NCBI GenBank assembly: GCA_964016885.1
Contig: OZ024741.1
Location: 19,158,001 to 19,222,000, forward strand
DNA: 64,000 nt
Origin: Eledone cirrhosa
Lineage: Eukaryota
Direction: 5' to 3'
Positions 36,801 through 53,200 of this stretch are shown here, one piece after another. Position 1 is the stretch's first letter, and each line of letters begins with the position of its first letter. The notes under the pieces were generated by a model. The model did not search any database. It saw only the letters and a list, made by a program, of their open reading frames with translations, and had not been told where the DNA came from. Made by a program: the position numbers and the translations under genes.

Positions 36801-38137
36801 AACAAAATTTAGTAGATAAATTATGTAATATTTATTATTTATTTATTCAAAGTAATAAAGAAACCATTATTTATTCAAAGTAATCCAACTTATTTTACAA
36901 ATGGGATAAAAAAATATATTTGGATGCAGTCCCGCACTCCTTTCTTTATTATAGTTTAGATTATTATGGTGGTGGATTGGCAATATTGGTAGAGTGTCGA
37001 ATAACATGCTTTGTAACATAGAGTTACATCCCTTTACGTTCTGAGTTCAAATGTCGCTGAGGTTAGCTTTGCCTTTCGCCCTTACGAGGTTGATAAAATA
37101 AAGTACCACTAATCCACTGGGGTTGATTTAATCAACTTTCCCCTCCCCCTCAAATTGCTGGCCTTCTGCCTAAAGTAGAAATAATTATTATTATTATTTT
37201 AATAAAAACAAATGGAGCTGAAGAAATTCTTCCTAAAATAGCAGAAATCAAAGAAAAAAATACTCTTGACGAAAAAATATACAACTTTACAGACATAGAA
37301 AACCCACCTAAATTTCTGGATATTCAAAGATTCATTTCATGCAGTAGAAATTCGATTAAATTAATTTGTAGCATTGTAATTAATCATTTTCTTAATTACG
37401 TTTGTTAATTTTTGGTCGTATATTCTCTCTTCAGTTATTCTATGATATGAATGTGAAAGCTCTGAACAACTTACTGCTACGTCGAGACATGTGCAATTGG
37501 CATAAGGGGACACAGATAAGGTGGGTTCTTTACACAGTTCACACAGTTCTTCCTCTTGGAGGAGGAGCTGTATTAGCTTTTACTTCTTCTTTTATGTAGC
37601 TTTGCTTTATCATTAACTCTTCTTAACTATCTTACACACTCTCTCTTTCACACTCTCCCTTTCTCACACTCTCCCTTTCTCACACTCTCTCTCACACTCT
37701 CTCTCTCTCTCTCTCTCACACTCTCTCTCTCTCTCTCTCTCACACTCCATCTCTCACACTCTCTCTCTCACACTCTCTCTCTCTCACACTCTCTCTCTCT
37801 CACACTCTCTCTCTCTCACACTCTCTCTCTTTCACACACTCTCTTTCACACACTCTCTTTCACACACTCTCTTTCACACACTCTCTCTCTCTCACACACA
37901 CACACTTTCTTTCACACCCACTCTCTCTCTCACACACATTCTCTCACACCAACTCTCTCACACCCACTCTCTCACACCCAATCTCTCTCTCTCACACACA
38001 CACTCTCTCTCACACACTCTCTCACACACTCACTCACACACTCTCTCACACACTCTCTCTTACACACACATTCTCACACTCTCACTCAATATTTATCATC
38101 ATCATTGTTTAATGTCCATTTTTCCATGCTAGCATGG

Positions 38138-38224
<87 letters not shown>

Positions 38225-41200
38225 ACAGACTCAAACAGGCTGTTTCAAAAGTCTGTTTTTCAAAGAAATGACCATATAGTCCTGCAGTAACTTGTATAAT
38301 ATATGTCTGAATATAAAGTTTTATAAAGTTATTTACATATTGGGCATTTGTAAAAATTGTAAATAGAGATAGATGATTATTTTTCTATTCACCCTCTGTG
38401 TATATATGTGTGCATGTGTATATATATATATATGTGTGTGTGTACCACTCTATGTTTAAATATATGTATGTATGTCTCTATCTCTCACTCTCTCTATTCC
38501 AGGTATAATATATCACATTTGGAACAATGGCTGAGAGAATACCATTTACAAGACTCCGGAGCATTTGCAACAATGGAACCTCTCATACAAGCCTCTCAGC
38601 TGTTACAGGCACGAAAAACCGATGCCGATGTTGACAGTGTCTGCCATATGTGTCCTAAACTAAAGACAACACAGGTAAGAAAGTTACCAGAATTTCATTC
38701 CTCTTTCAAAAAAAAACATTTGTGTGAATATGTAGCTGGCTCTACTCAGTATAAACCTGTAATATCTCCAATATGTAGCTGGCTCTACTCAGTATAAACC
38801 TGTAATATCTCCAATATGTAGCTGCCTCTACTCAGTATAAACCTGTAATATCTCCAATATGTAGCTGGCTCTACTCAGTATAAACCTGTAATATCTCCAA
38901 TATGTAGCTGGCTCTACTCAGTATAAACCTGTAATATCTCCAATATGTAGCTGGCTCTACTCAGTATAAACCTGTAATATCTCCAATATGTGGCTGGCTC
39001 TATTCAGTATAAACCTGTAATATCTCCAATATGTAGCTGCCTCTACTCAGTATAGACCTGTAATATCTCCAATATGTAGCTGCCTCTACTCAGTATAAAC
39101 CTGTAATATCTCCAATATGTAGCTGGCTCTACTCAGTATAAACCTGTAATATCACCAATATGTAGCTGGCTCTACTCAGTATAAACCTGTAGTATCTCCA
39201 ATATGTAGCTGCCTCTACTCAATATAAACCTGTAATATCTCCAATATGTAGCTGCCTCTACTCAGTATAAACTCGTAATATCTCCAATATGTAGCTGCCT
39301 CTACTCAGTATAAACCTGTAATATCTCCAATATGTAGCTGGCTCTACTCAGTAAAAACCTGTAATATCTCCAATGTGTAGCTGGCTCTACTCAGTATAAA
39401 CCTGTAATATCTCCAATATGTAGCTGGCTCTACTCACTATAAACCTGTAATATCTCCAGTATGTAGCTGCCTCTACTCAGTATAAACTCGTAATATCTCC
39501 AATATGTAGCTGGCTCTACTCAATATAAACCTCTAATATCTCCAATATGTAGCTGCCTCTACTCACTATAAACCTGTTATATCTCCAATATGTGATAGCT
39601 CTACTCAGTATAAACCTGTAGTATCTCCAATATGTAGCTGCCTCTACTCAGTATAAACCTGTAATATCTCCAATATGTAGCTGCCTCTACTCACTATAAA
39701 CCTGTTATATCTCCAATATGTGATAGCTCTACTCAGTATAAACCTGTAATATCTCCAATATGTAGCTGGCTCTACTCACTATAAACATGTAATATCTCCA
39801 ATATGTAGCTGCCTCTACTCAGTATAAACTTGTAATATCTCCAATATGTAGCTGCCTCTATTCAGTATAAACCTGTAATATCTCCAACATGTAGCTGCCT
39901 CTATTCAGTATAAACCTGTAATATCTCCAATATGTAACGGCCTCTACTCAGTATAAACCTGTAGTATCTCCAATATGTAGCTGCCTCTAGTCAGTATAAA
40001 TCTGTAATATCTCCAATATGTGGCTGCCTCTACTCAGTATAAATCTGTAATATCTCCAATATGTAACTGCCTCTACTCAGTATAAACCTGTAATATCTCC
40101 AATATGTAGCTGCCTCTACTCACTATAAACTTGTAATATCTCCAATATGTGGCTGGCTCTACTCAGCATAAACCTGTAATATCTCCAATATGTAGCTGGC
40201 TCTACTCAGTATAAACTTGTAATATCTCCAATATGTAGCTGGGCCAACTCAGTATAAACCTGTAATATCTCCAATATGTAGCTGCCTCTACTCAGTATAA
40301 ACCTGTAGTATCTCCAATATGTAGCTGCCTCTAGTCAGTATAAATTTGTAATATCTCCAATATGTAGCTGCCTCTACTCAGTATGAACCTGTAATATCTC
40401 CAATATGTAGCTGGCTCTACTCAATATGAACCTGTAATATCTCGAATATGTAGCTGGCTCTACTCAGTATAAACCTGTGATATCTCCAATATTTAGCTGT
40501 CTCTTCTGAGTATAAACCTATAATATCTACAATATGTAGCTGGCTCTACTCAGTATAAACCTGTAATATCTCCAATATGTAGCTGCCACTACTCAGTATA
40601 AACCTGTAGTATCTCCAATATGTAGCTGCCTCTACTCAGTATAAACCTCTAATATCTCCAATATGTGATAGCTCTACTCAGTATAAACCTATAATATCTC
40701 CAATATGTAGCTGGCTCTACTCACTATAAACCTGTAATATCTCCAATATGTAGCTGCCTCTACTCAGTATAAACTTGTAATATCTCCAATATGTAGCTGC
40801 CTCTACTCAGTATAAACCTGTAATATCTCCAATATGTAGCTGCCTCTACTCAGTATAAACCTGTAATATCTCCAATATGTAGCTGCCTCTACTCAGTATA
40901 AACCTGTAATATCTCCCATATGTAGCAGCCTCTACTCAGTATAAACCTGTAATATCTCCAATATGTAACTGCCTCTACACAGTATAAACCTGTAATATCT
41001 CCAATATGTAGCTGCCTCTAGTCAGTATAAACATGTAATATCTCCAATATGTAGCTGCCTCTACTCAGTATAAACATGTAATATCTCCAATATGTAGCTG
41101 CCTCTACTCAGTATAAACCTGTAATATCTCCAATATGTAACTGCCTCTACTCAGTATAAACCTGTAATATCTCCAATATGTAGCTGCCTCTAGTCAGTAT

Positions 41201-44200
41201 AAACATGTAATATCTCCAATATGTAGCTGCCTCTACTCAGTATAAACCTGTAATATCTCCAATATGTAACAGCCTCTACTCAGTATAAACCTGTAATATC
41301 TCCAATATGTAGCTGCCTCTACTCAGTATAAACCTGTCATATCTCCAATATGTAGCTGGTTCTACTCAATATAAACCTGTAATATCTCCAATATGTAGCT
41401 GGCTCTACTCAGTATAAACCTGTAATATCTCTAATATGTAGCTGGCTCTACTCAATATAAACCTCTAATATCTCCAATATGTAGCTGCCTCTACCAAGTA
41501 TAAACCTGTAGTATCTCCAATATGTAGCTGCCTCTACTCAGTATAAACCTGTAATAGCTCCAATATGTAGCTGGCTCTACTCAGTATAAACCTGTAATAA
41601 CTCCAATGTGTAGCTGCCTCTACTCACTATAAACCTGTTATATCTCCAATATGTGATAGCTCTACTCAGTATAAACTTGTAATATCTCCAATATGTAGCT
41701 GCCTCTATTCAGTATAAACCTGTAATATCTCCAATATTTAGCTGCCACTACTCAGTATAAACCTGTAATATCTCCAATATTTAGCTGCCACTACTCAGTA
41801 TAAACCTGTAATATCTCCAATATGTAGCTGCCTCTACTCAGTATAAACCTGTAATATCTCCAATATGTAGCTGCCTCTACTCAGTATAAACCTGTAATAG
41901 CTCCAATGTGTAGCTGGCTCTACTCGGTATAAACCTGTAATATCTCCAATATGTAGCTGCCTCTACTCAGTATAAACCTGTATTATCTCCAATATGAAGC
42001 TGCCTCTACTCAGTATAAACCTGTAATATCTCCAATATGTAGGAGGCTCTACTCAGTATAAACCTGAAATATCTCCAATATGTGGCTGGCTATACTCAGT
42101 GTAAACCTGTAATATCTCCAATATGTAGCTGGCTCTACTCAGTATAAACCTCTAGTATCTCCAATATGTAGCTGCATCTACTCAGTATAAACCTGTAACA
42201 TCTCCAATATGTAGCTGGCTCTACTCAGTATAAACCTGTAATATCTCCAATATGTAGCTGCCTCTACTCATTATAAACCTATATCTCCAATATGTAGCTG
42301 GCTCTACTCAGTTTAAACCTGTAATGTCTCCAATATGTAGCTGGCTCTACTCAGTATAAACCTGTAATATCTCCAATATGTAGCTGGCTCTACTCAGTAT
42401 AAACCTCTAATATCTCCAATATGTAGCTGGCTCTACTCAGTATAAACCTGTAATATCTCCAACATGTAGCTGGCTCTACTCAGTATAAACCTCTAATATC
42501 TCCAATATTTAGCTGCCACTACTCAGTATAAACCTGTAGTATCTCCAATATGTAGCTGCCTCTACTCACTATAAACCTGTTATATCTCCAATATGTGATA
42601 GCTCTACACAGTATAAACCTGTAATATCTCCAATATGTAGCTGCCTCTACTCAGTATAAACCTGTAATATCTCTAACATGTAGCTGCCTCTACTCAGTAT
42701 AAACCTGTAATATCTCTAATATGTAGCTGGCTCTACTCAGTATAAACCTCTAATATCTCCAATATGTAGCTGCCTCTACTCAGTATAAACCTGTAATATC
42801 TCCAATATGTAGCCGGCTCTACTCAGTATAAACCTCTAATATCTCCAATATGTAGCTGCCTCTACTCAGCATAAACCTGTATTATCTCCAATATGAAGCT
42901 GCCTCTACTCAGTATAAACCTGTAATATCTCCAATATGTAGCTGCCTCTACTCAATATAAACCTGTAATATCTCCAATATGAAGCTGCCTCTACTCAGTA
43001 TAAACTTGTAATATCTCCAATATGTAGCTGGCTCTACTCAGTATAAACCTGTAGTATCTCCAATATGTAGCTGCCTCTACTCAGTATAAACCTGTAATAT
43101 CTCCAATATGTAGCTGCCTCTACTCACTATAAACCTGTTTTATCTCCAATATGTGATAGCTCTACACAGTATAAACCTGTAATATCTCCAATATGTAGCT
43201 GCCTCTACTCAGTATAAACTCGTAATATCTCCAATATGTAGCTGCCTCTACTCAGTATAAACCTGTAATAGCTCCAATGTGTAGCTGGCTCTGATCAGTA
43301 TAAACCTGTAATATCTCCAATATGTAGCTGCCTCTACTCAGTATAAACCTGTATTATCTCCAATATGAAGCTGCCTCTACTCAGTATAAACCTGTAATAT
43401 CACCAATATGTAGCTGGCTCTACTCAGTATAAACCTGAAATATCTCCAATATGTGGCTGGCTCTACTCAGTGTAAACCTGTAATATCTCCAATATGTAGC
43501 TGCCTCTACTCAGTATAAACCTGTAATATCTCCAATATGTAGCTGCCTCTACTCAGTATAAACTTGTAATATCTCCAATATGTAGCTGGCTCTACTCAGT
43601 ATAAACCTGTAGTATCTCCAATATGTAACTGCCTCTACTCAGTATAAACCTGTAATATCTCCAATATGTAGCTGGCTCTACTCAGTATAAACCTGTAATA
43701 TCTCCAATATGTAGCTGCCTCTACTCAGTATACACCTGTAATATCTCCAATATGTAGCTGCCTCTACTCAGTATAAACCTGTAATATCTCCAATATGAAG
43801 CTGCCTCTACTCAGTATAAACCTGTAATATCTCCAATATGTAGCTGCCTCAACTCAGTATAAACCTGTAACATCTCCAATATGTAGCTGCCTCTACTCAG
43901 TATAAACCTGTAGTATCTCCAATATGTAGCTGCCTCTAGTCAGTATAAACCTGTAATATCTCTAATATGTAACTGCCTCTACTCAGTATAAACCTATAAT
44001 ATCTCCAATATGTAGCTGGCTCTACTCAGTATAAACCTGTAATATCTCCATCATGTGGCTGGCTCTACTCAGTATAAACCTGTAATATCTCCAATATGTA
44101 GCTGGCTCTACTCAGTATAAACCTGTAATATCTCCACCATGTGGCTGCCTCTACTCAGTATAAACATGTAATATCTCCAATATGTAGCTGGCTCTACTCA

Positions 44201-47200
44201 GTATAAACCTGTGATATCTCCAATATGTAGCTGCCTCTACTCAGTATAAACCTGTAATATCTCCAATATGTGATAGCTCTACTCAGTATAAACCTGTAAT
44301 ATCTCCAATATGTAGCTGCCACTACTCAGTATAAACCTGTAGTATCTCCAATATGTAGCTGCCTCTACTCAGTATAAACCTGTAATATCTCCAATATGTG
44401 ATAGCTCTACTCAGTATAAACCTATAATATCTGCAATATGTAGCTGTCTCTAGTCAGTATAAACCTGTAATATCTCCAATATGTAGCTGGCTCTACTCAG
44501 TATAAACCTGTAATATCTCCAATATGTGATAGCTCTACACAGTATAAACCTGTAATATCTCCAATATGTGATAGCTCTACTCAGTATAAACCTGTAATAT
44601 CTCCAATATGTGATAGCTCTACTCAGTATAAACCTGTAATATCTCCAATATGTAGCTGCCTCTACTCAGTATAAACTCGTAATATCTCCAATATGTAGCT
44701 GCCTCTACTCAGTATAAACCTGTAATAGCTCCAATGTGTAGCTGGCTCTACTCAGTATAAACCTGTAATATCTCCAATGTGTAGCTGGCTCTACTCAGTA
44801 TAAACCTGTCATATCTCCAATATGTAGCTGCCTCTACTCAGTATAAACTCGTAATATCTCCAATATGTAGCTCCCTCTACTCAGTATAAACCTGTAATAT
44901 CTCCAATATTTAGCTGCCACTACTCAGTATAAACCTGTAATATCTCCAATATGTAGCTGCCTCTACTCAGTATAAACCTGTAATATCTCCAATATGTAGC
45001 TGCCTCTACTCAGTATAAACCTGTAATAGCTCCAATGTGTAGCTGGCTCTACTCAGTATAAACCTGTAATATCTCCAATATGTAGCTGCCTCTACTCAGT
45101 ATAAACCTGTATTATCTCCAATATGAAGCTGCCTCTACTCAGTATAAACCTGTAATATCTCCAATATGTAGGAGGCTCTACTCAGTATAAACCTGAAATA
45201 TCTCCAATATGTGGCTGGCTATACTCAGTGTAAACCTGTAATATCTCCAATATGTAGCTTGCTCTACTCAGTATAAACCTGTAGTACCTCCAATATGTAG
45301 CTGCATCTACTCAGTATAAACCTGTAATATCTCCAATATGTAGCTGGCTCTACTCAGTATAAACCTGTAATATCTCCAATATGTAGCTGCCTCTACTCAT
45401 TATAAACCTATATCTCCAATATGTAGCTGGCTCTACTCAGTTGAAACCTGTAATGTCTCCAATATGTGGCTGGCTCTACTCAGTATAAACCTGTAATATC
45501 TCCAATATGAAGCTGCCTCTACTCAGTATAAACCTGTAATATCTCCAATATGTAGCTGCCTCTACTCAGTATAAACCTGTAACATCTCCAATATGTAGCT
45601 GCCTCTACTCAGTATAAACCTGTAGTATCTCCAATATGTAGCTGGCTCTACTCAGTATAAACCTCTAATATCTCCAATATGTAGCTGCCTCTAGTCAGTA
45701 TAAACCTGTAATATCTCCAATATGTAGCTGGCTCTACTCAGTATAAACCTCTAATATCTCCAATATTTAGCTGCCACTACTCAGTATAAACCTGTAATAT
45801 CTCCAATATTTAGCTGCCACTACTCAGTATAAACCTGTAGTATCTCCAATATGTAGCTGCATCTACTCACTATAAACCTGTTATATCTCCAATATGTGAT
45901 AGCTCTACACAGTATAAACCTGTAATATCTCCAATATGTAGCTGCCTCTACTCAGTATAAACCTGTAATATCTCCAATATGTAGCTGGCTCTACTCAGTA
46001 TAAACCTCTAATATCTCCAATATGTAGCTGCCTCTACTCAGTATAAACCTGTAATATCTCCAATATGTAGCTGGCTCTACTCAGTATAAACCTCTAATAT
46101 CTCCAATATGTAGCTGGCTCTACTCAGTATAAACCTGTAATATCTCCAATATGTAGCTGCCTCTACTCAGTATAAACCTGTATTATCTCCAATATGAAGC
46201 TGCCTCTACTCAGTATAAACCTGTAATATCTCCAATATGTAGCTGGCTCTACTCAGTATAAACCTGAAATATCCCCAATATGTGGCTGGCTCTACTCAGT
46301 GTAAACCTGTGATATCTCCAATATGTAGCTGTCTCTACTCAGTATAAACCTGTAATATCTCCAATATGTAGCTGCCTCTACTCAGTATAAACCTGTAATA
46401 TCTGCAATATGAAGCTGCCTCTACTCAGTATAAACCTGTAATATCTCCAGTATGTAGCTGCCTCTACTCAGTATAAACCTGTAACATCTCCAATATGTAG
46501 CTGCCTCTACTCAGTATAAACCTGTAGTATCTCCAATATGTAGCTGCCTCTAGTCAGTATAAACCTGTAATATCTCTAATATGTAGCTGCCTCTAGTCAG
46601 TATAAACCTGTAATATCTCCAATATATAGCTGGCTCTACTCAGTATAAACCTGTAATATCTCCAATATGTGATAGCTCTACACAGTATAAACCTGTAATA
46701 TCTCCAATATGTAGCTGCCTCTACTCAGTATAAACCTGTAATAGCTCCAATGTGTAGCTGGCTCTACTCAGTATAAACCTGTAATATCTCCAATATGTAG
46801 CTGCCTCTACTCAGTATAAACCTGTATTATCTCCAATATGAAGCTGCCTCTACTCAGTATAAACCTGTAATATCTCCAATATGTAGCTGGCTCTACTCAG
46901 TATAAACCTGAAATATCTCCAATATGTGGCTGGCTCTACTCAGTGTAAACCTGTAATATCTCCAATATGTAGCTGGCTCTACTCACTATAAACCTGTAAT
47001 ATCTCCAATATGTAACTGCCTCTACTCAGTATAAACCTGTAATATCTCCAATATGTAGCTGCGTCTACTCAGTATAAACTTGTAATATCTCCAATATGTA
47101 GCTGGCTCTACTCAGTATAAACCTGTAGTATCTCCAATATGTAGCTGCCTCTACTCAGTATAAACCTGTAATATCTCCAATATGTAGCTGGCTCTACTCA

Positions 47201-50200
47201 GTATAAACCTGTAATATCTCCAATATGTAGCTGCCTCTACTCAGTATAAACTCGTAATATCTCCAATATGTAGCTGCCTCTACTCAGTATAAATCTGAAA
47301 TATCTCCAATATGTGGCTGGCTCTACTCAGTGTAAACCTGTAATATCTCCAATATGTAGCTGCCTCTACTCGGTATAAACCTGTAATATCTCCAATATGT
47401 AGCTGGCTCTACTCAGTATAAACCTGTAATATCTCCAATATGTAGCTGCCTCTACTCAGTATAAACCTGTAATATCTCCAATATGTAGCTGCCTCTACTC
47501 ACTATAAACCTGTTATATCTCCAATATGTGATAGCTCTACACAGTATAAACCTGCAATATCTCCAATATGTAGCTGGCTCTACTCAGTATAAACCTGTAA
47601 TATCTCCAATATGTAGCTGGCTCTACTCAGTATAAACCTCTAATATCTCCAATATGTAGCTGCCTCTAGTCAGTATAAACCTGTAATATCTCCAATATGT
47701 AGCTGGCTCTACTCAGTATAAACCTCTAATATCTCCAATATGTAGCTGCCTCTACTCAGCATAAACCTGTATTATCTCCAATATGAAGCTGCCTCTACTC
47801 AGTATAAACCTGTAATATCTCCAATATGTAGCTGCCTCTACTCAATATAAACCTGTAATATCTCCAATATGAAGCTGCCTCTACTCAGTATAAACTTGTA
47901 ATATCTCCAATATGTAGCTGGCTCTACTCAGTATAAACCTGTAGTATCTCCAATATGTAGCTGCCTCTACTCAGTATAAACCTGTAATATCTCCAATATG
48001 TAGCTGCCTCTACTCACTATAAACCTGTTTTATCTCCAATATGTGATAGCTCTACACAGTATAAACCTGTAATATCTCCAATATGTAGCTGCCTCTACTC
48101 AGTATAAACTCGTAATATCTCCAATATGTAGCTGCCTCTACTCAGTATAAACCTGTAATAGCTCCAATGTGTAGCTGGCTCTGATCAGTATAAACCTGTA
48201 ATATCTCCAATATGTAGCTGCCTCTACTCAGTATAAACCTGTATTATCTCCAATATGAAGCTGCCTCTACTCAGTATAAACCTGTAATATCACCAATATG
48301 TAGCTGGCTCTACTCAGTATAAACCTGAAATATCTCCAATATGTGGCTGGCTCTACTCAGTGTAAACCTGTAATATCTCCAATATGTAGCTGCCTCTACT
48401 CAGTATAAACCTGTAATATCTCCAATATGTAGCTGCCTCTACTCAGTATAAACTTGTAATATCTCCAATATGTAGCTGGCTCTACTCAGTATAAACCTGT
48501 AGTATCTCCAATATGTAACTGCCTCTACTCAGTATAAACCTGTAATATCTCCAATATGTAGCTGGCTCTACTCAGTATAAACCTGTAATATCTCCAATAT
48601 GTAGCTGCCTCTACTCAGTATACACCTGTAATATCTCCAATATGTAGCTGCCTCTACTCAGTATAAACCTGTAATATCTCCAATATGAAGCTGCCTCTAC
48701 TCAGTATAAACCTGTAATATCTCCAATATGTAGCTGCCTCAACTCAGTATAAACCTGTAACATCTCCAATATGTAGCTGCCTCTACTCAGTATAAACCTG
48801 TAGTATCTCCAATATGTAGCTGCCTCTAGTCAGTATAAACCTGTAATATCTCTAATATGTAACTGCCTCTACTCAGTATAAACCTATAATATCTCCAATA
48901 TGTAGCTGGCTCTACTCAGTATAAACCTGTAATATCTCCATCATGTGGCTGGCTCTACTCAGTATAAACCTGTAATATCTCCAATATGTAGCTGGCTCTA
49001 CTCAGTATAAACCTGTAATATCTCCACCATGTGGCTGCCTCTACTCAGTATAAACATGTAATATCTCCAATATGTAGCTGGCTCTACTCAGTATAAACCT
49101 GTGATATCTCCAATATGTAGCTGCCTCTACTCAGTATAAACCTGTAATATCTCCAATATGTGATAGCTCTACTCAGTATAAACCTGTAATATCTCCAATA
49201 TGTAGCTGCCACTACTCAGTATAAACCTGTAGTATCTCCAATATGTAGCTGCCTCTACTCAGTATAAACCTGTAATATCTCCAATATGTGATAGCTCTAC
49301 TCAGTATAAACCTATAATATCTGCAATATGTAGCTGTCTCTAGTCAGTATAAACCTGTAATATCTCCAATATGTAGCTGGCTCTACTCAGTATAAACCTG
49401 TAATATCTCCAATATGTGATAGCTCTACACAGTATAAACCTGTAATATCTCCAATATGTGATAGCTCTACTCAGTATAAACCTGTAATATCTCCAATATG
49501 TGATAGCTCTACTCAGTATAAACCTGTAATATCTCCAATATGTAGCTGCCTCTACTCAGTATAAACTCGTAATATCTCCAATATGTAGCTGCCTCTACTC
49601 AGTATAAACCTGTAATAGCTCCAATGTGTAGCTGGCTCTACTCAGTATAAACCTGTAATATCTCCAATGTGTAGCTGGCTCTACTCAGTATAAACCTGTC
49701 ATATCTCCAATATGTAGCTGCCTCTACTCAGTATAAACTCGTAATATCTCCAATATGTAGCTCCCTCTACTCAGTATAAACCTGTAATATCTCCAATATT
49801 TAGCTGCCACTACTCAGTATAAACCTGTAATATCTCCAATATGTAGCTGCCTCTACTCAGTATAAACCTGTAATATCTCCAATATGTAGCTGCCTCTACT
49901 CAGTATAAACCTGTAATAGCTCCAATGTGTAGCTGGCTCTACTCAGTATAAACCTGTAATATCTCCAATATGTAGCTGCCTCTACTCAGTATAAACCTGT
50001 ATTATCTCCAATATGAAGCTGCCTCTACTCAGTATAAACCTGTAATATCTCCAATATGTAGGAGGCTCTACTCAGTATAAACCTGAAATATCTCCAATAT
50101 GTGGCTGGCTATACTCAGTGTAAACCTGTAATATCTCCAATATGTAGCTTGCTCTACTCAGTATAAACCTGTAGTACCTCCAATATGTAGCTGCATCTAC

Positions 50201-53200
50201 TCAGTATAAACCTGTAATATCTCCAATATGTAGCTGGCTCTACTCAGTATAAACCTGTAATATCTCCAATATGTAGCTGCCTCTACTCATTATAAACCTA
50301 TATCTCCAATATGTAGCTGGCTCTACTCAGTTGAAACCTGTAATGTCTCCAATATGTGGCTGGCTCTACTCAGTATAAACCTGTAATATCTCCAATATGA
50401 AGCTGCCTCTACTCAGTATAAACCTGTAATATCTCCAATATGTAGCTGCCTCTACTCAGTATAAACCTGTAACATCTCCAATATGTAGCTGCCTCTACTC
50501 AGTATAAACCTGTAGTATCTCCAATATGTAGCTGGCTCTACTCAGTATAAACCTCTAATATCTCCAATATGTAGCTGCCTCTAGTCAGTATAAACCTGTA
50601 ATATCTCCAATATGTAGCTGGCTCTACTCAGTATAAACCTCTAATATCTCCAATATTTAGCTGCCACTACTCAGTATAAACCTGTAATATCTCCAATATT
50701 TAGCTGCCACTACTCAGTATAAACCTGTAGTATCTCCAATATGTAGCTGCATCTACTCACTATAAACCTGTTATATCTCCAATATGTGATAGCTCTACAC
50801 AGTATAAACCTGTAATATCTCCAATATGTAGCTGCCTCTACTCAGTATAAACCTGTAATATCTCCAATATGTAGCTGGCTCTACTCAGTATAAACCTCTA
50901 ATATCTCCAATATGTAGCTGCCTCTACTCAGTATAAACCTGTAATATCTCCAATATGTAGCTGGCTCTACTCAGTATAAACCTCTAATATCTCCAATATG
51001 TAGCTGGCTCTACTCAGTATAAACCTGTAATATCTCCAATATGTAGCTGCCTCTACTCAGTATAAACCTGTATTATCTCCAATATGAAGCTGCCTCTACT
51101 CAGTATAAACCTGTAATATCTCCAATATGTAGCTGGCTCTACTCAGTATAAACCTGAAATATCCCCAATATGTGGCTGGCTCTACTCAGTGTAAACCTGT
51201 GATATCTCCAATATGTAGCTGTCTCTACTCAGTATAAACCTGTAATATCTCCAATATGTAGCTGCCTCTACTCAGTATAAACCTGTAATATCTGCAATAT
51301 GAAGCTGCCTCTACTCAGTATAAACCTGTAATATCTCCAGTATGTAGCTGCCTCTACTCAGTATAAACCTGTAACATCTCCAATATGTAGCTGCCTCTAC
51401 TCAGTATAAACCTGTAGTATCTCCAATATGTAGCTGCCTCTAGTCAGTATAAACCTGTAATATCTCTAATATGTAGCTGCCTCTAGTCAGTATAAACCTG
51501 TAATATCTCCAATATATAGCTGGCTCTACTCAGTATAAACCTGTAATATCTCCAATATGTGATAGCTCTACACAGTATAAACCTGTAATATCTCCAATAT
51601 GTAGCTGCCTCTACTCAGTATAAACCTGTAATAGCTCCAATGTGTAGCTGGCTCTACTCAGTATAAACCTGTAATATCTCCAATATGTAGCTGCCTCTAC
51701 TCAGTATAAACCTGTATTATCTCCAATATGAAGCTGCCTCTACTCAGTATAAACCTGTAATATCTCCAATATGTAGCTGGCTCTACTCAGTATAAACCTG
51801 AAATATCTCCAATATGTGGCTGGCTCTACTCAGTGTAAACCTGTAATATCTCCAATATGTAGCTGGCTCTACTCACTATAAACCTGTAATATCTCCAATA
51901 TGTAACTGCCTCTACTCAGTATAAACCTGTAATATCTCCAATATGTAGCTGCGTCTACTCAGTATAAACTTGTAATATCTCCAATATGTAGCTGGCTCTA
52001 CTCAGTATAAACCTGTAGTATCTCCAATATGTAGCTGCCTCTACTCAGTATAAACCTGTAATATCTCCAATATGTAGCTGGCTCTACTCAGTATAAACCT
52101 GTAATATCTCCAATATGTAGCTGCCTCTACTCAGTATAAACTCGTAATATCTCCAATATGTAGCTGCCTCTACTCAGTATAAATCTGAAATATCTCCAAT
52201 ATGTGGCTGGCTCTACTCAGTGTAAACCTGTAATATCTCCAATATGTAGCTGCCTCTACTCGGTATAAACCTGTAATATCTCCAATATGTAGCTGGCTCT
52301 ACTCAGTATAAACCTGTAATATCTCCAATATGTAGCTGCCTCTACTCAGTATAAACCTGTAATATCTCCAATATGTAGCTGCCTCTACTCACTATAAACC
52401 TGTTATATCTCCAATATGTGATAGCTCTACACAGTATAAACCTGCAATATCTCCAATATGTAGCTGGCTCTACTCAGTATAAACCTGTAATATCTCCAAT
52501 ATGTAGCTGGCTCTACTCAGTATAAACCTCTAATATCTCCAATATGTAGCTGCCTCTAGTCAGTATAAACCTGTAATATCTCCAATATGTAGCTGGCTCT
52601 ACTCAGTATAAACCTGAAATATCTCCAATATGTGGCTGGCTCTACTCAGTGTAAACCTGTAATATCTCCAATATGTAGCTGCCTCTACTCAGTATAAACC
52701 TATAATATCTACAATATGTAGCTGGCTCTACTCAGTATAAACCTATAATATCTCCAATATGTGATAGCTCTACACAGTATAAACCTGTAATATCTCCAAT
52801 ATGTAGCTGCCTCTACTCAGTATAAACTCGTAATATCTCCAATATGTGGCTGGCTCTACTCAGTATAAACCTGTAATATCTCCAATATGTAGCTGCCTCT
52901 ACTCAGTATAAACCTGTATTATCTCCAATATGAAGCTGCCTCTACTCAGTATAAACCTGTAATATCACCAATATGTAGCTGGCTCTACTCAGTATAAACC
53001 TGAAATATCTCCAATATGTGGCTGGCTCTACTCAGTGTAAACCTGTAATATCTCCAATATGTAGCTGTCTCTACTCAGTATAAACCTGTAATATCACCAA
53101 TATTTAGCTGTCTCTTCTCAGTATAAACCTATAATATCTACAATATGTAGCTGGCTCTACTCAGTATAAACCTATAATATCTCCAATATGTAGCTGGCTC

